Positions 11,870-23,560 of a DNA stretch of 64,000 nucleotides are shown here, piece by piece. Source of the stretch: Podarcis gaigeae (lineage: Eukaryota); the NCBI GenBank assembly GCA_964106915.2, contig OZ066918.1; one strand, 5' to 3'. The notes under the pieces were generated by a model. The model made no database searches, was not told the origin of the DNA, and saw nothing but the letters and a program-made list of their open reading frames with translations. A program made the translations under genes and the position numbers. Position 1 is the stretch's first letter. Each line of letters starts with the position of its first letter.

Positions 11870-12621
11870 TCTGGTGTTGCTGATTTGTCAACATACTCAT
11901 AATAGTAAGTAGAACACAAAGTAATTATTTAGAGCTGCAGAGTGTTCAAAACACTCACATATATGTGGAACACCCCATAAGATACTGCTATTCTAGTATT
12001 AAAGATGTTGAAATGAGGGATAGCAAATTAATGGCTATGGCAATATTTGAACGAGGGGGTCCCAATCTCACATTTTATGCCACTACAGTACACACACGGG
12101 GTCCAGGATAGAGAAAATGTGTACCCAAACAGGGCCCCATATTTTGAGCTCCATCTTTCTATGCCATACGCAAAATGGCACTTGAGGTTTCCACATTGCT
12201 TGCTATGCGGCTGGCAGCAAGTGTTTAGAGGAATGTTCCCCACAATCCTCTGTGGTGGCACAAGTGATCCTGGGATGATGCATCATAATTCAGAGATAAG
12301 TAGACCAGAAACAGCAGCTAAGAGACTTGGCACGCCCTATTTCCAGTATGGTGAGTGCCCCATAAGAAATGAACTGTGGGTTGGGTGGTTAAAGGTGGTT
12401 AATTGTGGGCAAAGTACTTAGTTTTTGGCCTCAATTCAAAAGGCTGGTTATGACCTATAAAGCTTTATGTGGCTCAGGACCTCAAGGACTGCCTCTACCT
12501 ACATGCACTGACCTGGACCATGTGACCATTATCTGAGGCCCTATTTCATACAGGAGTTTTGGAGGGTAGCAACATAAGAATTGGCCTTGTGGAATGCTAA
12601 CCTCCCCGGGGGGGGGGGGGG

Positions 12622-12960
12622 GAGCCTCTTGGGCTTGCCGATCAGAAAGTCGGCAGTTCGAATCTACATGAAGGGGTGAGCTCCCATTGTTCATTCCCAG
12701 CTCCTGCCAACCTAGCAGTTGGAAGCATGTCAGAGTGCAAGTAGATATATAGGTACCACTCTAGCGGGAAGGTAAATGGTGTTTCTGTGCACTGCTCTGG
12801 TTTTGCCAGAAGCAGCTTAGCCCATGCTGGCCACATGACCCGGAAAAACTGTCTGCGGACAAACGCCGGCTCCTTCAGCCAGTAAAGCGAGATGAGCACC
12901 GCAACCCCAGAGTCGTTCGCAACTGGACTTAACTGTCAGGGGTCCTTTACCTTTACCTTT
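12622..12960 (+). mobile_element. Sauria SINE (Squam1), slightly 5'-truncated, apparently within an old L2-like 3' fragment
   Basis: SINE body with cctttacctttaccttt tail, preceded by a poly-G run. Confidence 0.88.
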
Positions 12961-14641
12961 TTTAATTTGAATGGTGGCATTGTGGCCTCTCTTATTTTGG
13001 TGGGATCAATGTTTTATCTGTATAACTGTGCTTTAAAGTTTTTGTTGTTGTTTGGTTTTAATGTCTTCAACATCACCACCACTCTTGCAACGGGCTCCCT
13101 CTTTCTCCCCATAGTCTGTCTTCACACCCTCTAAGCACCAATTTGCTCTTGTATTAGTGGGTATGAATTGAGAAGCAGCAGAGGGAAGGGGTGACTTAAC
13201 CCTTTCTCCATGGACTGTTTGCCCACTAAAGATCATCCTCCCCACTCTGCTTTTCTCTCTGTGGTTGAAAAGATGTGGGCCAGCATCTTTTCCCCTCTTA
13301 GTGGACTGAACAACTATCCTGGGAAGGTCAATTGTTGACAGAACAATGGGCCATGGGGGGAAGGATTAAGTCTAATGCTGTTCTGACTAAATCTGGAGCA
13401 CTGTGGCGGAACTAAAATGGAAAAACTGAGCTGTTCATATGCTTCATTCATCCTGCTGCATGTTTTGCCCAGTATCTGAAAAATGAGGGTGGGGGTGGAA
13501 TCCTACCACAAGCATTATGCTGTATATGATAAGTCTCCCATTTGCTTGTTGGCTGCTGCAAATAAGATGCAAATTGGAGTGCATGTAGTGAAGGGAAGGT
13601 CTTAAAGGGCAAAAGTTCTGTTTCTATCCTGTGGTGATACCCTTGCCCTTCAGTTATTGAGGTGAAGAAATGGGGTACATTCCATCTGCAAGAGATAACA
13701 AAGATAACAGGAAAACATAAATCAATGCTGGGGACAAGCAACATAAAAGAACCAAGCATTTAAGATAGCCACATAATAATTGTTGCACACAACTCCAGGC
13801 ATGGGAGAGTAAAAGAGTGAATTGTTCGTTTAAACCAGTAATTTGTTCCATTGTTTATTTATTGATACATGCAATTTATAGGCTGCCCTTTAGCTGAAGT
13901 TCTTTGGGCTGCTTACAGGCATTAAAACAAGCAAAATTATAATAAAGTAGTAAAATACAGCTAATGCAGGATCGCCATAAACTGACAAGAATTGGTTTAA
14001 AAGAGAAAACAGAGAAAATGAGAATTTGCAGCACTAAATCAATTAGAACAAAGGGCAGAGAAACAAAGAGTAAGAAGCAGACCAGCTTGAATGTGCCCTT
14101 CAACCTTTGCCAATTGGCATGAGGTATTAGCACACCTTGCCTCCTCATGATGCTGATCCCCATTTGTGAGCCTTCGTTATGGGATTTCTCAGGCTAGTTT
14201 TATGCCAGTTTTTTTTTTTAAAACCTGACATGTTACTAGTGCTATTCATGTCACGTGCACCACCAGTGTGGCAATGTTTGGGTGGGAAAGGCTTTGAGCC
14301 TGCACAACCAGTTTGGCATCCTTTTCCCCATACCTTTCTTCCATGCACCATCTTTGATTTTTATGGTGGATCTGTGGGAACCAAGATTTCCCTGTTTTCA
14401 CTTGCCTTCCAAATTCTAGATGCAAAGCAGGGCTCTTAAGGAACTGAACAAGGAGTGCCAAATGTTTCTTCTTAAAGGGGTTGGGGGGGGGGGCTTTGAA
14501 GTATTTACGTTAGCACCCATAACACAGTGCCAGATTTAGGAAAGTTCTCAAGCCTTTGGAAACTGTGCACTAAACACTCTTGTCAAATATGTACATTTTG
14601 ACACAAAAGCCCAAACTTTGGAAAAGTCCAGCTCTGGTTGC

Positions 14642-14792
14642 NNNNNNNNNNNNNNNNNNNNNNNNNNNNNNNNNNNNNNNNNNNNNNNNNNNNNNNNNNN
14701 NNNNNNNNNNNNNNNNNNNNNNNNNNNNNNNNNNNNNNNNNNNNNNNNNNNNNNNNNNNNNNNNNNNNNNNNNNNNNNNNNNNNNNNNNNNN
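14642..14792. other. Assembly gap
   Basis: Run of N. Confidence 0.99.
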
Positions 14793-15465
14793 TACAAATC
14801 CTTTATAGCCTGTTTTGGGAGTTGTGTGTATGTTTGTAGTGGATGCATTAAATCAACTTCAATGTAAGATATCTAAGATTTCATGTGGTCACTCTACCAC
14901 TTTAATGGCAGGTTTCACTGTTTCCTTCCACCCTGAAGTTGTGTGTGTTATAAACTGTGGAGCAGGAATACCAACACGTTCCTGGTAACATTTGATCAAG
15001 CATTTATGCCTATGTACCAATTGGATTGGATTGATCTTTATTACGGCCATTGGCCCGTTACAGTACCAATTAATGCCGCAGTGCCACCAAAAGCACTTTT
15101 ATTCTTTCTGGTGCATTTGGGCTGCTGTCATTTAACTCCATTTTAAATCTCATTTTTCCTAGGGACTGTAATACATTTAGTGATGAATGTACTGTGAAAG
15201 TAACTGCTGCTTGTTGCCATGTTGGAAAAGTTTCATGGCTTTAGCAATCACTAACCATTTCCCCATCCGACATCCATCATTTTGTCAAAGTTTTTAATGT
15301 GTTGCAGAGAGTCATCTAGAAAAGAAGAAAAGAGGAGGAAAAAATAATGAAGGAGGGGGACCCAAGACCTTTCATTTTATGCCAAAAAATGACTTGGATG
15401 TAGTCCCCTTTCCGCTAGCAACAATTAATGTTACATTTTTACGCATATAATATGGGGTGTGTGGG

Positions 15466-15491
15466 GTGTGTGTGTGTGTGTGTGTGTGTGT
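15466..15491 (+). repeat. (GT)n microsatellite
   Basis: About 13 GT units, ~40 nt upstream of the U12 branch site. Confidence 0.95.
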
Positions 15492-15553
15492 AAATGGAGT
15501 TATTTAACAGTCTTCCTTTTGTTACTGAATCCTTAACCCATAATCTTGAGTAC

Positions 15554-15693
15554 ATAACAGAACTGGAAAGCCTGCTGGATCATCTGGTTGAAGTAGTGCC
15601 TTCCTTGGAGTACCTAAGTTTGCTTGGAAATACAGCATGTCCAAATGAACTGGTCTGCAAAGACAAGGATGAGGGAGACTATCAGAGGTACAG
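15554..15693 (+). CDS. LRMDA: LRMDA internal coding exon (140 nt; probably exon 4)
   Basis: Preceded by U12 branch site TCCTTAAC (15530-15537) and AC acceptor (15552-15553). Encodes [46 protein letters not shown](R), compare human [43 protein letters not shown]. Donor CAG|GTTAGT. Confidence 0.95.
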
Positions 15694-16181
15694 GTTAGTA
15701 TCTAGGATTATACATGCATTATTTTCAAATGTAAAATATTTAGTATTGCATGCAGCTAACCTCTGCTCCGAGTAGTAGACCCACTGAAATTAATGGATCA
15801 AGGTTGTCACAGTCATCTACAGTAAGCCTACAACTTGTGCACATTCAGCTTTACAGTACATGCGTGGCAAAATAAAAAATAAAAAGAGGGTGGACTTTCA
15901 GGAAAAATGACAGCGGTAATCCCACCCATCATTGAACCCAGTGAGCTTTGTTTATACACAATTTTGGCTTTAGGTGCAATCCATGGAATGTTATTCCCAT
16001 GTAAGTTATGGGCCTGCTGTCCTTTGTTTGGTCTACTCTGAGTAAAAATTAGATGATTACAACCTTCAACCAACTTTAAATGGCTGTTGAAGTAAAATCT
16101 AAGAGCTGTGTATAGGATCTAATGTAATCTAAGGGCAATGTGTGAAAAGGTTACAGAATCATCCTGTTCCTGTCTCTATTC

Positions 16182-16418
16182 CATGGGTAGGCAAGCTAAG
16201 GCCTGGAGGCCGGATCCGGCCCAATCGCCTTCCAAATCCGGCCCACGGATGGTCCAGGAATCATGAGTAGAATGTGTCCTTTTATTTAAAATGCACCTCT
16301 GGATTATTTGTGGGCCATAGATATTTGTTCATTCCCCACCAAAAAATATAGTCTGGCCCCCCACAAGGTCTGAGGTCCAGTGGACTGACCCACTGCTGAA
16401 ACAGTTTGCTGACCCTTG
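16182..16418 (+). mobile_element. hAT-type MITE
   Basis: Termini CATGGGTAGGCAAGCT...AGTTTGCTGACCCTTG. Degenerate 8-bp TSD CTCTATTC/ATTTATTC. Homologous to 62004-62255. Confidence 0.85.
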
Positions 16419-19019
16419 ATTTATTCACTACAGAGGCCCTTTTATGTGGCAAGGTGAGGTGACCAGTTGAAGTTTGTGGGAGCAATTTTGGGTCACCAGG
16501 CCTCCTGAAGCCCAGAGCATGGGAGCCATAGAGTAAAACCTGGTGGGATATGGACAGAGCCTTGTGCCTAGTGGGAGCAGAAGATGCCACCTGGTGTGTC
16601 ACAATAGAGGGGCTACAGGGATAGAGTATGAAGGACCTAGGTGGGGGGAATGGCAAAACCTCTGAAACCAAGCATAAAAAACCCTGCATACCCCTTATTT
16701 CTCACACCTCACCCTCATAATTTAGTCCTTTCCATGGAGGCGTTGGTAAGGAAGCTTAAGCCTCTGAAATCCCAGGTCACCACACTGAGACCCAGGAAAA
16801 CACGAGCTATTAATGATGGCAGAATGAGACCTAGGCAGATCTGAACCAGCTGAACAATCCACTGGAAAGTTCTCTGGCACAGATGTTATTGAAAAAGATT
16901 CAGTGATATGAATATTTGGCCTCATACAGGACCCAGCAAATTGCAGCAGCAATTCCTGATATGGAATTGCGTGTTCCTATAATTGGTGAGTTCTTGTAAT
17001 TCCTATTGTGTTACAAGCCCATCAGCAAGCCCATACATTTCTATATAGGTGATCACATGGGTGCCACCAAAGCATCAGCAATCAACTGTTTAATTTTGAT
17101 CTGGTAACATCTACAGCAACTTAACCAGATCATGAAATTATGTGTTTCCCCACTCCACATAATTGGCTGTCATTGTCAAGGAAACACACAACACTATAAC
17201 TGCAGGACCCCAGAAAGTGGCCCCAGACGTCAGGGGCTCTCAGAACTTCATTTCAAAGACAGACATGCGTTCAGTGTTAACATGTATTTCTTGCAACAGG
17301 TGATGTAAGATGCAAGGTAGTGCTTCATGATTCAGTCACTGAGTGATGAGCCTTGTATTTTAGATAGGATGGCAAAATTCAAACAAACTGCATGGCATTT
17401 TCTACATAAGCATTCCACATAACCATGTTGCTCTCAAGTTAAACCTACCTACCTATTTCCAGCCTATCAGACAAGCCTTCTGAAATGATGTGTGAGCAAA
17501 CATTGACTGTACAGTTCATAAACTTAGAACTGTATGTTCATGCTTTCAGCATAAAAAAGTGTTAGAAACCTGGAAGGCGGCTTATCCAGAAGAGACATAA
17601 CATGGAGTCCATGAGATGGTTCGCTGTGGTTTTTAGCAGTGCTGCAGTAATCTGAACAGGCCTCCCAACCTGATCTGTAGTGGCTATTTCAAGTTGAGTG
17701 CTTCAGTCTCTTTCGAAAATAGATTCCGAACTGTCTTTAGTCTAGATACTTCTAATGTGCCAACTTCTGAATTGTACATAAATGTGCCACCTTGGCTTTT
17801 GCTAAGTGGTCTAGTTTGAATAAAATATTTTCCCATCGCCTTAACCCCAAACTGGAAGGCACGCTGGCTGTCCTGCGTACAAAGAGCCTAATAGTGGTGT
17901 TGCCATGTAAATTTATGAGACATTTTCACCACAGAATTGCTTAAAAATGAATGATATCGCTACAGTTTACTGTTTTTCACTTTAAGTACATTTTTCTGAC
18001 AATATGCCTCCTATTAATCATTTAAGCAAAAGTAGTTCCTTAAAGGAGCTATTCAGAGGCAAGAATCCATGGTTCATTTAATGCTGTCTGGGGGGAAAAA
18101 GTTGTTGAGTGACATTCTCTGTGGTTATGTGATGTAATATTTATAATATGTCACACAGCTATACATCAAAACAATCATGGCTGTTGTTGAATTTCCATGC
18201 AAAATGTTGATTTTTTTTTTAAAGGGTCAAGATAGTTTTAGCTCATATTAAGGCAAACCATCATGCCAAAGCCGGGAGGAGAATCTTACTTTGAAAAGGT
18301 TAATTAAAATAGGTTTTAAAGTGAATATTATTCCAATTTGCATCATATTACTGCAGTGGAAGTGAAGTGAATCTCTCTTATCACTTTCTTTTCTCCTGTA
18401 GAACTAGCATTGAATGTTCTTCATTATTGCAGATGCAGTATTAGTTTCCCCATAAGATATATATTGCACCTGCCATAAAAATAACAAGATTTAAAGACCA
18501 AAGATGAAACTAATGAAAACAGGTTCTATAATATGTGACTAAGGGGCAATTCATTGAACCTACCTTTTCACACACTTATCTCAAAAGCTCTTATCTGTCC
18601 TTTCCAAGCGCCCCTAGAGAAATAGGGACAGAGAGTCAGGCCCCCTCCTTCCCACCCAAACCTGTGAAACCTGTAGGATGTGGTGTCAACTATTGGCATT
18701 AAGGTATTATTTCTACAATCATTGCTTCTATAAGCACAGCTGCCAGATTGAGAAGCTCCCATATTTCACTGCTTTGAACTGGACCACATTTTGGCCCATA
18801 CTAAAGTGTACACAGGTTAATGTTTAATCCAGTCACCTTCATATATTCCTAAGCAAGCTGCAGAAACACAATAATATATTTATTTCACAGTAAAAAAAGA
18901 GAGGGAGTGAATTATTAAGGTGGAATTAAGAGGCTATTCATCTGTAATAGTGCTGCTTGCTGAATAGGAAGCAGGACTTACTTCTTTTGAGTAAAGGTTT
19001 TGGAAAGACCTTGGTTGTG

Positions 19020-19418
19020 NNNNNNNNNNNNNNNNNNNNNNNNNNNNNNNNNNNNNNNNNNNNNNNNNNNNNNNNNNNNNNNNNNNNNNNNNNNNNNNNN
19101 NNNNNNNNNNNNNNNNNNNNNNNNNNNNNNNNNNNNNNNNNNNNNNNNNNNNNNNNNNNNNNNNNNNNNNNNNNNNNNNNNNNNNNNNNNNNNNNNNNNN
19201 NNNNNNNNNNNNNNNNNNNNNNNNNNNNNNNNNNNNNNNNNNNNNNNNNNNNNNNNNNNNNNNNNNNNNNNNNNNNNNNNNNNNNNNNNNNNNNNNNNNN
19301 NNNNNNNNNNNNNNNNNNNNNNNNNNNNNNNNNNNNNNNNNNNNNNNNNNNNNNNNNNNNNNNNNNNNNNNNNNNNNNNNNNNNNNNNNNNNNNNNNNNN
19401 NNNNNNNNNNNNNNNNNN
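19020..19418. other. Assembly gap
   Basis: Run of N. Confidence 0.99.
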
Positions 19419-21324
19419 CCACAGTTTTAATTCCACATTCAGCCACTTGCAAAAAAAAAAAAAAAGCAGTGCCACAGCAGTGCTGAAGTCCCTCAGCATG
19501 GAAGCAACCTGAGTGTTAACTGAGCAGCAATAATCACTTTTCTCTTCACATGTGAATCTTTGTTTCTAGCAGCCGTCTGAGCCACATGGCATTGGCAAGT
19601 AAACTTTACAACACTTTACATAAACTTAAAGGGCTTTTTAGTGTTTTGCCCCAAGGTGGCAGAAAAAGAAATTCAAAATGTTTTCGTGCTAAATACACCA
19701 ATACCCCAGTAAAATTATATCCTAGCCATTCCTGTACTTTTTTAGTTCTCTCCTGTCCCTGCAAAATAAGCATTATATATAGTGAAAAAGTTGTCTAAAT
19801 CTTGTTGCGCACGTTAAAAAAACCCACATATCTCAGACTTAAAATTTTTTGAATGAAATCTAGGAACAAAACAAAAATGTCAAACAAGAATGGATCATAC
19901 TGTATTGTGTGTTTGTGTGTGTATATAAATATAAATAACATTATTTTTCAAACTTTCTCCCATTGTACTCAAGGCAATTTGCAATATAAATTAACGGCTT
20001 ACAGTCTAAGAGGCACATTACAAATGGAAAGTGGTTCACGGAGTAAAATATGATGCCTCTGTTAGAAATTAAATATGCATTTGGAAAGACAGCAACATAA
20101 CAGCTCTGGATTTTTGTGAAATTAATAAATATATCAGATTCAATTAATTTATTTTTTGCATGATTAATAATGCACATGAATTATTACTATTAATTATGAA
20201 TAATCAGTTATCGTTTCCTACCAAGTATCATTGTGTAGAAACGACTGCCTGCTTTTTTCGGTTTTAAAACTTTATTCATAATCAAAACATAGTGTGAGGT
20301 GATATGCCAGTAGAGAAACATTCCAGTATTGAGAAAAAGTAATGTAACTAGCAAAGCAGCATAAATGGGAAATAACCTCAGCTGCAGTCTCTGCTTTGAA
20401 GATCTCCAGAAAGCACAGGCCATGAGCTAGAGATCAAAGTCACAGGGAGTCAACACAATAATTGCTGGTTACTTGTCTTGTACCAGCAGCACTTGTTCTG
20501 TCTTGGGGGTCTATTGTTTGCAGTAAAAACACGAACCATGCTATTATTGGATTGTGAAAAATTGTCCTGGTCAGAATATATTGAAGTTTAAATATAGGTG
20601 GCCTTATTTGTCTTTTAATCAGTAAGATACAAAGTGCCCAAAGCCCAAACACAGTTTTAGAGTTTGTTGTCCCCTTGAAAACCCAGATATGCATGGAGTC
20701 CACCCAATGCTTTATTCAGTTCTCTTCTGTCCTGCTTTTTCTGGGCTGCTCTGACTTCTTCCTGTTACATTAATAGTCATTGCTTCTTTCCCTATGTAAT
20801 TCCCCCACGCACCCACCCACACATACACAATTGCAGTGTAGCCTAAATTCAAACATTTAGTCCATATACCTGATGGCAATCATATAGAGAGGGGTGGGGT
20901 GGGGGCTCATTTAACACTTAATTTTAATATAAACATTTTATATTAAATGAACAACATGAGCCAAATTTAGACAACATGAGAAGTGAGATACTTCGGCTGG
21001 TTTTGTCTGCAACATGGCAGCAGGAGGAGCTGGGGAAGGAGCACCACAGGAACTCTGAGGAGGACACACATTAAACCACAGCTTGATTTAAACTGTGGTT
21101 TAATGAGAAATGCAAAGCAGATCACCAGGGAAGCGGGGATCCAAGTAACCCAGGTCCAGGCACCTGGGTACACTGTGACAGCTGGGGCCCCAGACTCCTA
21201 GCTTTTATATTTTTTATTTATTCTTTTTTTAAAAAAAGTGAGTCAGTTGGACATTTCTGCAGGAAGAGAACAAAATGTGGAGGCAGCTCTAATGCTTCAG
21301 CCCTTGTCAGGTAGCACTGTTGTT

Positions 21325-21634
21325 AAGGGTAAGGTAAAGGGACCCCTGAGCGTTAGGCCCAGTCGCGGACGACTGTGGTGTTGCGGCGCTCATGTCGTTT
21401 TATTGGCCGAGGGAGCCGGCGTACAGCTTCCGGGTCATGTGGCCAGCACGGCTAAGCCGCTTCTGGCGAACCAGAGCAGCGCACGGAAACGCCGTTTACC
21501 TTCCCACCAGAGTGGTACCTATTTATCTACTTGCACTTTGACGTGCTTTCGAACTAGGTTGGCAGGAGCAATAGGGACCGAACAATAGGAGCTCACCCCA
21601 TTGCAGGGATTCGAACCGCCGACCTTCTGATCGG
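21325..21634 (-). mobile_element. Sauria SINE (Squam1), 5'-truncated at the same base as 5380-5691
   Basis: Reverse-complement SINE from the aaggtaaagggacccctga tail to gaccttctgatcgg. Confidence 0.9.
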
Positions 21635-21872
21635 ACAACAGTCTTTGCCATCCTCAGTTCTGACCTCCAATATGTGGGTGTGGAGTGCGAGGAAGAAGTG
21701 AATAATGGCTCATTATCATTGCTAGGTTAGAAGCATCCAGTTTTCAGGATTGTCCTGAGAGATCCTTGGCAATGCATAAAGTTTCCATGGACCTCAGTTT
21801 CCCAGTTACTGAACAGAGATCAAGCTGCCTACAGCACTGCACCCAGCAGATTGTAAAGTTGTGTCTGTAGAG
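21635..21872 (-). repeat. Non-SINE arm of inverted duplication, copy B (partner 5142-5379)
   Basis: About 98% identical reverse complement of 5142-5379. Confidence 0.92.
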
Positions 21873-22027
21873 AATGAGCACTTTCCTCATGCCCATATTA
21901 TTACATTCCCCCCCCCCCCCGTGTGCTGTTTTTACAGAATAAAACACAACTTTCAGACTTGGTTATGTTTTACTCAGAAGTACTCTATTAGAAGTACTCT
22001 CTTCCTAGTGAGAGAAAAAAATGGTGA

Positions 22028-22418
22028 TACTTTCTTGGGCTCCATGATCACTGCAGATGGTTACAGCAGCCATGAAATTAAAAGATTCCTGCTTCTTGGG
22101 AGAAAAGCAATGACAAACCTAGACAGCATCATAAAAAGTGCTCACTGGAAGGACAGGTTGTGAAGCTGAGGCTCCAATACTTTGGCCACCTCGTGAGAAG
22201 AGAAGACTCCCTGGAAAAGACCCTGATGTTGGGAAAGATTGAGGGCACAAAGAGAAGGGGACGACAGAGGACGAGATGGTTGGACAGTGTTCTCGAAGCT
22301 ACCAACATGAGTTTGACCAAACTGCGGGAGGCAGTGGAAGACAGGAGTGCCTGGCGTACTCTGGTCCATGGGGTCACAAAGAGTTGCACACAACTAAATG
22401 ACAAAACAACAACAACAA
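22028..22418 (+). mobile_element. BovB (RTE) LINE 3' fragment with internal deletion
   Basis: Encodes FLGSMITADG..SHEIKR.LLLGRKAMTNLDSIIKS and KLRLQYFGHLVRREDSLEKTLMLGKIEG..RRGRQRTRWLD, typical of BovB. (CAA)n tail. Confidence 0.92.
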
Positions 22419-23229
22419 ATCTGTGATTTTGCATATCCCCTACACATCCACTGCTGGTCTGCTTGTCAGAAGCACTCAGAAGCTCCACACCTCTGACCAT
22501 GGAGGCAGAACAGAGCGTTCCCATCGTGACTAGTAGCCTTGTTTGGAAAGCTTTCTTGAAAGCATGCGGAGGCAATAGCCCTTAACTGCTGAAAAGCAGT
22601 TTATTCATGTTTATTTTGCGGTGTCCCTTAGTTAATATAACTTAGTTAATATAATATATCAATATACCAAAGGATTAGCTTTTCTCCTATGTATAGATGA
22701 GAAGCTTATTCATTAACTGGCATGTTTTGGGTTGCTTACAGGCATGTTGGCGTTAAGTGCTTTTATCAGATCACTTTCTTGACTTGTTAATTCTCATAAA
22801 TCCCTGAACATGGTTGGTTCTGCAATAGAAATTGGGGGGGGGGACTAAAAAAAAGGAGTTTCTACTGAATTTTGCCTAGAGCAAAACTTGAAGGAAATGT
22901 ATCTAATAGAATTTTATTCTGCTTTATCTTTGAAAGAAATCAAAGCTGTTAATAATCATAAAGTTAATAGCATAAAACCCATAAAATATTCAAAAACAAT
23001 TGAACGAGAAAAGAAAATAGTGCTGGATAATAAAACAATTCAAATAGGAAGCCAGAGTATAAGAGAAAAATGAGAAGAAACAAACCTCCATTTTCAGTAG
23101 CCCAATTCCAGCAACACAGCGGGCCAGTCAACACTTAATGCTAAACCCAACTATAGGGTTAAGCATGAACATGCAGGCAGTGGTGGCTTGTGGCCATTGA
23201 GACTGGTCACTTGTTGCCATTTGCTTCCT

Positions 23230-23560
23230 GCAAGATTCATCTGAGGCCCTTCTTCGTGTGTCTTCTCCACAAGTGGTCCAGAGGGTGGCTACATGAGAAC
23301 AGGCCTTTTCTGTGGTGGCTCCTCTCTTGTGGAATGCTCCCCCCAGAGAGGCTCACTTGGTGCCTGCTAAAAATGTTTCTCTATAACCAGGTCTTCAGCT
23401 GATTAACATTCTGTGGCCTTTTAAATGTGTTTGTGGAAGGGGGTTATTGGTATGGGTTTTTGTTTTAATAATTATGCATTGTGTGTTGTTACTTTGTATT
23501 TATATGTTTTAAACCGCTATGTGGTCTTTGGATCAAGGGTGACATACAAATTTAAGAAAT
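23230..23560 (+). mobile_element. Degenerate L2-like LINE 3' end
   Basis: catctgaggccctt..aggccttttctgtggtggctcc..tggaatgctcccc resembles the 37912 element's 3' region. Confidence 0.55.

Larger units (their letters stand above)
10641..15553 (+). other. U12-type (minor spliceosome) AT-AC intron of LRMDA, ~4.9 kb
   Basis: 5' site ATATCCTTCC at 10641, branch site TCCTTAAC at 15530-15537, terminal AC 16 nt later. Splicing joins NKNQ|ITELES in frame. Confidence 0.93.
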
